NCBI RefSeq assembly: GCF_009914755.1
Contig: NC_060928.1
Strand: one strand, 5' to 3'
From: the human T2T-CHM13v2.0 reference genome, Homo sapiens
DNA: 64,000 nt
The notes under the pieces are model-generated. The model was not told where the DNA came from. It saw only the letters and a list, made by a program, of their open reading frames with translations, and made no database searches. Shown one piece after another: positions 33,157-55,000 of this stretch (its first letter is position 1; each line of letters starts with the position of its first letter). A program made the position numbers and the translations under genes.

Positions 33157-33834
33157 TGGGAGAATTTGTCTAACAACCAAGTCATTTTTTTCTCTTTAGA
33201 TCTGGCCTATGGAATAACCAAGCCACAATTTATTATCCATTTGTGAGGGATTGTAATTCTTTTGAGGCTTTTCCTGGCGAAGCCCCCAGATTCTTCTTGT
33301 TGCATTTCTAGTTTATGAATCAAGCCTTTCATTTATTTATTTATTCAACAAGTATTTCTTTCCTTAGCAACCAGTCTAGCATGGCTTTATCCTAGGCACT
33401 TACGAGGTTATAAGGGCAATCCATTCCCAATCCTACAAGAGTTTACAGTCTATTTGGGATGACAAGAGAGAAAGAAAGAGAAAAGAAAAAAGGAAGGAAG
33501 GAAGAGAGAGAGGGAGGAGAAATAAAAAATACATTTAAAGTAACTAAAATACATGTGATTGTAAATTCAAAAAGAAATATGTGAAATCCATGAAAAGAAA
33601 ACTATAAAACATTATTGTGGGACATGAGAAAAGTCTTGTAAAATGGAGAGACTTACTGGATTCCTGGGTGAGAAGAATCAGTATGGAATGGTATCAAATA
33701 TGTTGAAATTAACCTAAAATTTAATTTATTTTAATAAATACTCCAACTCAAATTTTTAGAACTTGACAAGTCAATCATAAAATCTACTAGGAAAGATATC
33801 TATAAGCCAAAAAAATTTTTTTGAAAGAGAATAG

Positions 33835-34490
33835 CCAGCAATCCCACTTCCAGGTATATATTCAAAAGAACTGACATCAGTATTTTGAAAAGATGTCTGC
33901 ACTCCCATGTTCACTGCAGCACTATTCACAATAGCCAAGACATGGAATCAACCTAAGTGTCCATCAATAGGAATGGATAAAGAAAATGTGGTATATATAC
34001 ACAATGGAATACTATTCAGCCTTAAGAAAAGAAAGAAATCTTGTCATTTGCAACACAGATAAACCTAGACGGAGGACATTATGCAAGTGAAATAAGCCAG
34101 GCACAAAGAGACAAATACTATGTGATCTCACTTTTATGTGGAATCTAAAAAAGTGGATCTCATAGAAGCAGAGAGTACAGTTACCAGGGATCGGGGGTAG
34201 AATGTCGGATGGGGACAGGGAGATGTTGACCAAAGGGTACAAAGTTTAACTTAGGAGGAATAAGTTTTTGAGATGTATTGCACAGCTCAGTGACCATTGC
34301 TAATAATAATGTATTGTATATTTCAAAATTGCAAAAATATATATATTTTAAGTGCTATAATTACAAAAAAGTATATGAGGTGATGGATAAGCTTGACATA
34401 ATCATTCCATAATGTATACAAATATTAAAACACCACATAGTGCCCCACGAATATATACAATTATTGTCAATTAAAAATAAAAATTTAAAT
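33835..34490 (+). mobile_element. L1MA-type 3' end
   Basis: cagcaatcccacttc...gcagcactattcacaatagccaag...aacctaagtgtccatca...aataaa. Confidence 0.88.
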
Positions 34491-34764
34491 TAGAAAAACA
34501 GGAAAAAAATGACAAAGCGTAAGTGAAAAATTTGCCCTAACAGATATCAAAATACCTTGTAAACCTATAATGATTAAAGCAATGCAGAAACTGCTTTAAA
34601 AAAGACTGAAAAAAGAATAGAAAGTCTGTTTAAAAACAATTGGAAGTTAATGTTAACTTTTAATAAGGAGTTTTCATGTGCTGGACACCAATATAATTTT
34701 TGATGATAGAATATGGTGATTTTTTTCAGTTTTCAATTTTTAATTTTTGTGGATACATACATAG

Positions 34765-41855
<7,091 letters not shown>

Positions 41856-41908
41856 AGCTAACTATTTTCTGAATCATAACCTGAAAAGCTACTTAAAAAA
41901 ACAGTTTG

Positions 41909-43043
41909 CCTCTCCCTCTCTCCTCTCTCTCTTTCCACGGTCTCCCTCTGTTGCCGAGGCTGGACTGTACTGCCGTGATCTCGGCTCGCTGCAACCTCCC
42001 TGCCTCGGGCTCCCATGATTCTCCTGCCTCAGCCTGCTGAGTGCCTGGGATTGCAGGCATGCACTGCCACGCCTGACTAGTTTTTGTATTTTTGGTGGAG
42101 ACGGGGTTTCGCCGTGTTGGCCGGGCTGGTCTCCAGCTCCTGACCTCCAGCTCCTGATCTGCCCTCCTCGGCCTCCCGAGGTGCTGGGATTGCAGATGGA
42201 GTCTCGCTCACTCAATGCTCAATGTTGCCCAGGCTGGAGTGCAGTGGCGTGATCTCGGCTCGCTACAACCTCCACCTCCCAGCCGCCTGCCTTGGCCTCC
42301 CAAAGTGCTAAGATTACAGCCTCTGCCTGGCCGCCACCCCGTCTAGGAAGTGAGGAGCGTCTCTGCCTGGCCGCCTATCATCTGGGATGTGAGGAGCCCC
42401 TCCGCCCGGCCGCCACGTCTGGGAAGTGAGGAGCGCCTCTGCCCGGCCGCCCCTTCTGGGAGGTGACGAACGCCTCTGCATGGCTGCTGTGCAATCTTCC
42501 AAGTGTGAAGTGACAGCCTTTCTGCAGGTGTACCCAACAGCTCCGAAGAGATAGCGAACATCGAGAACGGGCCATGATGACGATGGCGGTTTTGTCAAAA
42601 AGAAAAGGGGGAAATGTGGGGAAAAGAAAGATCAGATTGTTACTGTGTCTGTGTAGAATGAAGTAGACGTAGGAGACTCCATTTTGTTCTCTACTAAGAA
42701 AAATTCTTCTGCCTTGGGATGCTGTTAATCTATAACCTTACCCCCAACCCCGTGCTCTCTGAAACATGTGCTGTGTCAACTCAGGGTTAAATGGATTAAG
42801 GGCGGTGCAAGATGTGCTTTGTTAAACAGATGCTTGAAGGCAGCATGCTCCTTAAGAGTCATCACCACTCCCTAATCTCAAGTACCCAGGGACACAAACA
42901 CTGCGGAAGGCCGCAGGGACCTCTGCCTAGGAAAACCAGAGAACTTTGTTCACGTGTTTATCTGCTGTCCTTCTCTCCACTATTATCCTATGACCCTGCC
43001 ACATCCCCCTCTCCGAGAAACACCCAGGAATGATCAATAAATA

Positions 43044-43084
<41 letters not shown>
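41909..43084 (+). mobile_element. SVA_A-like element: short hexamer head, Alu-like domain, very short VNTR, SINE-R, 39-nt poly(A)
   Basis: SVA_A-like segments ggactgtactgccgtgatc and gtgtgaagtgacagcctttctgcaggtgtacccaacagctc; TSD aaaa(c)agtttg. Confidence 0.93.
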
Positions 43085-43088
<4 letters not shown>

Positions 43089-43161
43089 GGGTTGAGAGAA
43101 GAAAGTGTCTTGGGAGGAATTTTTTAAAACTGAGAAGGCATGGAAACATATGGCATTTTTA

Positions 43162-46848
<3,687 letters not shown>

Positions 46849-47289
46849 TGGTTCTAACTGCTTATAAGGATGGTTATTTCATTATTTTTATTCTTTCTTA
46901 GACTCTCACTTTTTCCAAAAATGTAAATTTCCCTTTAAAAAATATAATAAAACTCTATCTTGCAAGTCCCACATAGGGTCCACTGGACCCTTTCATAACT
47001 TAACAGGATCTTGGTGATTCTGATTTCCTCTAGCTCCAGAAATTTTGCTATATCACTATCCTAGGGATTATTTCAACATTTTTCAGCAATTCCCAACTGT
47101 ACAAGACAAGACAAAAATAGTTAAGGTGGGTGCTATAACAGAAGCACTGGGGACAAAAGTGAAATAAATCATCGCTATTAGATGATTCTTCCTTTATCTT
47201 ATTGTAATGCCCAAAACACTGTATCATCTTTTAAGAGGGTAGAAAAAAAATCTGGAGATATTATTTTAATAGTATTTGTTGTTTTTTTT

Positions 47290-48892
<1,603 letters not shown>

Positions 48893-49271
48893 ACAGATTG
48901 GCATTATGTGTCTCACATAACAAGCAATAAAGAGGACAGAAAACACGAACCTGCCTCAGCCTCTTATAGACTGGTCTATAAGAAAATAGAAATATTATCT
49001 CACCTAATGGAGAGTGTCAGGTTAGGGCAGAGGGATTGTGGCTCAATAATGCCATCAAGGACCCAGCTCGCTTCTATGTCTCTTTGCCATCTCCAGTCCT
49101 GGTTTCATCTTTAGGCTTGTAGCAAGATGGCATTAGACCTAGACATATAACATCCAAAGGAAGAAAAAAACCCACCTATCTCTCTCTCTCTCTCTTTCTA
49201 TTAAGAGTGAGGAAACTTTTTCCAGAATTACTCCTTTTCCTCCAGCTCCTTTCTCTCTTGCCTCCTGTTAG

Positions 49272-50470
49272 GAATAAGGGTAACAGGTATTACATAGGCT
49301 ACAAACGGTATCAATGACAGTCTAATTGCAGAAGCAGAACTAAAACAACTTACATAATATCCACTAATTGAGAACTGTCACCAGGACTCAGAATGGACCG
49401 GACTAAGTAAGTCAGCCCTTTACAACTTCCCCTTTCCCATTTTAGTGTTGTTCTGTCATCTCCAAGCATTCAGGATATTGTCTTATTCCCTGCTCCTCTT
49501 GACAGCTGCGTACAAGAACAGCCAGCTGGTATATTTTCCAAGATAGGGTGAGTGGGAAGAGGTGAATAAAGGAGATGTATGGAACTGGGCGATGGGCCAC
49601 GTGACCAGTGTTGGAGACTGAGATTATGACAAGCCTCAGGGACCAGGCAATGACCAATGGATGATGGGCAAAAGATTGGATTTTTGTAGCGGCCTTGAGT
49701 AGCCAATAAAATAAAATAAAAATAAAAAACAAGAAGACTGGGAGAGCTGGCTAGAGCTGTCTCCCAGAACTTTTTTGGCTAGGATTTTTGTATACTTTAA
49801 AAATCCAAAGGAGGAGGTGTGGCCAGAACCAGGATGAGGAAGAATGTGATGCTGAGAGGAAGCACAGGGAGAAAGAGGGGAGAAGGGAAGCATTTTGGTT
49901 CCTTTTGTCTCCTTTAACTGAAGTCCTGGCTTTAATAGTTTAAAATACACACTCTTCCTTTATAGTTGCCTAGTCAAAACCAAAATTGAAGATGATGGCT
50001 AGAGCAGGTTATGATTTTTTAATTGCCTCTTTTGGATGATCTTGTCTATTTGGACTGGGTTGGAACTGAACGAGTCCTAGGAAGTGAGGAATGAGGCACA
50101 ATATGTCAAATTCCTCTTCTATATGCAGTTACAAAAGCTGCTAGGCTCATGAGGAACATGCAGATTTTAGTCTGGAGAATAAAGGACATTTTCTGACCAA
50201 GGATGGAGTAAGGAAAGGTGGTGAGTTGCTGGCCACAGTATGACCTGGGACTGTATCTGAAAGTCACAACGTATAAAGCCAATACCTTCTATATAGCATC
50301 CTGACCAACACTGGCAGCCCTATGAGGTAAAGGCCTTCAGCAAACAGAAATAGCAAAGTTGCAAATTAGGGTTCTGTGTACACTCAATTGTGCAAAAGGA
50401 TGATTGCTCATCAGGATAAACACTTAATCCACCATTTTAACAGTAAAAGTCTGAAGGAAACAAATGACTA
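49272..50470 (+). pseudogene. Candidate cluster of three decayed exons (49272-49406, 49506-49547, 50129-~50470)
   Basis: Pyrimidine-tract acceptors; GTAAGT and GTGAGT donors; 135-nt and 42-nt symmetric exons; repeat-free. Confidence 0.4.
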
Positions 50471-51058
50471 AGTTTCCATTTCTACCACCTTTCTCTTACC
50501 TTTGTGAAATTTCAGCACATTATTCACAGCTAGTTCCCAACCAAGTCCAGAAACTAACACAATTAAAAAAAGAAAATGCAAAGTAAAATAGGCCCAGAAT
50601 AGGTTCTTTTGATTACTTATGTTTTTGGAAATATATTTTCCTTTTTGAGTCTCCAAGAGTCCTCCTCTCAACAAGTGTAAGAGAGCCCAGGTGAGTCACT
50701 GTTCACTACTCATGGAGAAGCTAGAAGAGGCATGGTTGGGGTCTTACTAACTTTATCTCTATTTCCCATCATCGGAAAAATTCGTGAAGCCCAACGCTCT
50801 AAAACATAGATTAAGAAGTTGCTTTGAGTCTGGTAACGTGTCCTACACTGGCTGTTTAGAGCCCTGCACCACCAAGGATTAAATTCCAAAGGGGACTGGG
50901 GTGGGACAGGGCAGGAAAGCGGACTCAAACACATGAACTCCTCCCTTCCTCAAACCAAATATCTGCTGCTGATATGCCTTGATTGACTGTTAAATATGTA
51001 TTAGGAAAAACAATCCCTTGCTATAAAATATCTTAAGTTTCTAAATCTATGTAGTGAG

Positions 51059-51061
<3 letters not shown>

Positions 51062-51102
<41 letters not shown>
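51062..51102. repeat. (TG)n microsatellite (~20 units) upstream of the FNIP2 promoter
   Basis: Direct read. Confidence 0.97.
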
Positions 51103-51106
<4 letters not shown>

Positions 51107-51871
51107 TTTAAAGGGGGGACTTAATATTTCAAATGCAACTTCTTATATAACCATGGTATGGTGGCCCAAGACGCCAAACAGAACAAATGATTTGGATAAA
51201 CAGTTTAAATTTTGTGAAAGCCTGGAGGAATCGAATTTGGACATGGAGGAAACCTGACAAAACCTTGGGTGCTATGTGATTCAAATCACAGCCCACCGAA
51301 GCGGCCACCGCGCGTACCAAGCCTTCCCCCCTAGCATACGCCTTCTGTGAACGGGCTCTTGTACCTGAACAAAGCGAGGACCCAAGTTCAGGGGCTTTGT
51401 CTCTAAAGAACAAAGATCGGCCTAGCTGCATGCTCGCTGTGCGAAAGAACCCAGGCTCCGTGGGAACCCCACGCCACTCGCGGAGCTGCGTCCCGGCGGC
51501 CGCCCTCGCCCCTCGGGCCCCTTTAAGTGCCGCGCCTGCCCCCGTCCGCGTCCCCCGCGTGCCCGGAGTACTGGGCCGCCCGCCCGCTCCTGGCCGCACC
51601 TCCCACCTCCCGCCTCCCGCCGGGGTTACGTGAGCCCGGGGCGGGCGGCCGCCGGGCCAATGGCCGCCGCCGGGGCCGCCGCGCTCCTCCCGCGCCGCCG
51701 CCGCCGCCGTGGGGCTGCGGGCTCCTCCCGCAGGAGATAACTGTCAGCGCGCGAGGCGGTGGCGGGCCGGCTCAGTCATATGACCGGCAGCCGGCGGCTC
51801 CGGCGCCGAGCAGAGTTACTCAGTCGCAGCGGCCCCGCGCTCCCGCAAGGCTGGGCGGCCGCGCCGCCGCG

Positions 51872-51913
51872 ATGGCCCCGCCACCGCGGCCGCCGCCCCC
51901 GGCTGCGCGCTGA
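51872..51913 (+). other. Upstream [16 protein letters not shown] in the FNIP2 5' leader
   Basis: gccgccgcgATGG strong Kozak context; TGA at 51911-51913, 47 nt before the main ATG. Confidence 0.7.
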
Positions 51914-51960
51914 GCCGCCGGCCCCCCGAGCGCCACGGCCGGAGCTGCGGCGGCGGCATC

Positions 51961-52067
51961 ATGGCCCCGACCCTGCTCCAGAAGCTCTTCAACAAAAGGG
52001 GCAGCAGCGGCAGCTCCGCGGCGGCGTCTGCCCAGGGCAGGGCTCCTAAGGAAGGACCCGCCTTTAG
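51961..52067 (+). CDS. FNIP2: FNIP2 coding exon 1 (107 nt; [35 protein letters not shown]), folliculin-interacting protein 2
   Basis: Recognised FNIP N-terminus [10 protein letters not shown]; donor TTTAG|gtgagg; the rest of the window is intron 1. Confidence 0.96.
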
Positions 52068-55000
52068 GTGAGGGGGCGCCGGGGGGCAATTCTGGCGCGG
52101 GACCCGAGTTGGCTTCGGTGCTCGCCGGGGAGGGGACGGGTAGGGGAAAGGGAAGGGACTGTCCAGGACGGCGCTGCCTATCGCCGGCACCTGGTCCCGG
52201 GCTTGTCAGCGTGGACGCGCCTGATCCGAGTGTGGCTCCGGACCCTCCGTGACCCTTCCTCCCGCTCTTTCTCCACAACTCAGGGTCCTTCCCCATTTCA
52301 GAGTTCTCTTGTGTTCCTTGGGGTTCCCGGGCGTGCGCTGTGCTTGGCTGTGGCGACCGGAGATTCTCCGGTTATTGGGGTGAACCCCTTCCGGGCAGAG
52401 CCGCCTGGGCACCTCTGCGGGCCCAGCAAAGCTGTGAGCTGTCATTTTGAGGGCAGCTCCAACCTATTGTGTACGTGACAGTGTTTTGAAGTTCTGAAGG
52501 AGCAACAGTCACGAAAAAGGCATCTTTCTTCTTTCTTGCCATATATGACAAGCTCTCAAACGGATGAATGAAAGTATGTAATTTCCACATCATGTGGAAG
52601 GTTGATGCCGCATGATGTGTGGAAAGGGGGAGTAAGATGCAATTATGAAATTTCCGAGATTTCAATTGATCAAAGCTGATATGTATATTTAATAGATTTG
52701 ATCTCTCGAACACATACCTTTGAATATTGATAGCATTTATGGAGAGCTTACTACCTAAAATGCTTTATGTTGATTTCTGTCGTTTACTTTTCTGACAATG
52801 CGGTGAGGTGGGTGCTATTATAATTCCCATTTTACAGGTGAGGAAACTTAAAGTCACAGATAACTTAGGCGGCTTGCCCAAAATCCAGCTGTCAGTGGTA
52901 GAGCCTGTGTTTTGACCCAAGCAGTTTGACCCACAGATTCCAGTCTTTAAAATCCCTATGCTATTCTGATTTCAAGGGCTAACTTTTAAAAGACGCCTTA
53001 AAATGTCCTATATTGCCTTTGAGCACAGGTATGTTGAGAAGTTTATTTAACAATTTTTCAACACATTTTAAAATTGAGCACCAACTCCCAATTCTGACAC
53101 TATGCTAGGTGCTTTTTGGCCAAAATGTCTTGCAAAAACAGTTCACTGTTAAACAGATCTAGACCCAGTATAATAAACCTTTAAAAGTTTCAAGTGAAAC
53201 TTTGAAATAAATTCTGGATTAAGTTTTATGTTCTAGATTTTGCTTTTCTTGAATTCCATCATTTAAAACAGTCTCTCACTGTGGTCATGTGAAAATTAAA
53301 CGTGTGTGTGTGTGTGCACGCGCGCTCATGGAAGGCATATTGTGAGGACCTTAAACTCCCCAAGTTAAATTCTCATGTTTTCTTTAGGCTAACAAGCCTT
53401 ATAATTTGAGTGGGAATTCTATGCCTTTTGTTAGGCTGAGTATTAGTGATGCCATGTACCTTCTCAGAATGGTAGAATTACTTCGGACCTAAGGTGTGTA
53501 ATTTCGTCCCTTCCCTCCCTGTAACCCAGACTCCATCAGGGGTACAAAGCCTGGAGCGGAAGGAGCATGTTACAGGTGTCTGTACTTTGACAGCTCTTGC
53601 CAAGGACATTTAAAGCCATTTGAATGCAGGAGGAGATAGTGGCGGTTACTTGTCATTGTTTTCTGTGCTCCTTGCCTAATTGCCTACCACCATTTCCGCT
53701 ATCCACAAGTTTAACTGAGTGTATTTGAACAAAAAAAATATGGCTATATTTAGGGTTTTGGGCCATATTAGGGAAATTGATTCCCACTTCATGGGAACAT
53801 TTTCAGTAGTGTTCTGACTTCTCATTTGTGTATAATGAAGAACAGAAAATCGTGCCAAGTACGGTCTTTTTTTTGACCTCATTGGGATTTTCTACAAGAA
53901 TTTGAGATCGATGTTTTTGGAGAATTTGGGGATCCCAGTTGAACATCCTACTTGATGAGGGCCCCCTTCAATAGTGTCCCTGATAGAGGTCACCATGGAA
54001 AAGAAAGTAAAGTAGCAGATGTGAGCAAGGATGCTGGACGATGGGAACAAACCATCCTGTGCTCACCAGACTGACAAAGGAGACCCCAAGCAAGTCTTTC
54101 CTTTTGCTCTTTTCACCTGGCTTAATTCTAAGATGCTGTGTAGCTGGCCTGGGAAAAGCTTCCAGGAAAATTTTTCTCTCTACCTAAAAAATTGTGAACC
54201 TGTGTTTCATTTTACCCAGATTTTGCCAAATAGGAGTTGGTATGTACTTTGAGGGGAACAAGGTGCCTTATTGCAGGGCATTAGCTGCCCTTGGGAACTA
54301 CCTTGTAGTTAAATAGAGTTTTAGAAGTGAAGCTAAAACCCTTAGATTAAAAATCGAGTATTCCTAACATGAATTTGTATTCTTTAGTGCATTTAAGTAC
54401 AGGATGTAACTTGTTTATCTGGAGATTGAAAATTCACTGAGGATTCAGGTAGACTTTTGGGGCAGTTTTGTAGTGTATATGGGGGAGAATCTAAGATCCA
54501 ACTTTTTGTTTGTTTGTTTTAGAGTTTGTATATCTTCTGTTTCCATGATGGACTTTCACTGGTTATTTTAAACTTCTCTTCTCAGAATTGTTTTGCCCTT
54601 GTTGTTAGTCTTTTTACTCTTGTGCACTTCCTAGTCCCTTCGCTGGGCTTATGACTGTTCTCATTCCTCCAGTTTTTACACACTTGATTAGAGAGGAAAT
54701 CTGTTGTCCAATATAACTAGTTTATCTCACAGGTCATTTTCAGGACTTCATGTTTCCTGGCATTTCATCTAAAAACAGGATCATCATAGTCAAGATTTCT
54801 TCTGGAGTATTTCCTTTAGGATCTTGACAGAAAGCCCTTTTCATAGCTTTGAGGAAACAGGTTGCTAGGAAAACAAAAGGAATCACGATTGAACAAACTT
54901 ACATGTTTGGGAGAAGTAGTCAGGAATGCTATATGATTATGGCATTTACATTTGAATAATGCTTCGTACCAGAAAAATAAATTAGGACAAAAAAAATGAT

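Larger units (their letters stand above)
51290..52440 (+). promoter_or_regulatory. FNIP2: FNIP2 CpG-island promoter: GC boxes, CCAAT (51657), Inr-like TCAGTC (putative TSS ~51774)
   Basis: Very high GC/CpG content, motifs read directly; TSS inferred from the Inr. Confidence 0.88.

Noticed and set aside
51129-52478. Several 100-158 aa ORFs on both strands around FNIP2 exon 1
   Set aside because: Expected by-product of extreme GC content; only the true exon and the ATG-initiated uORFs were kept.
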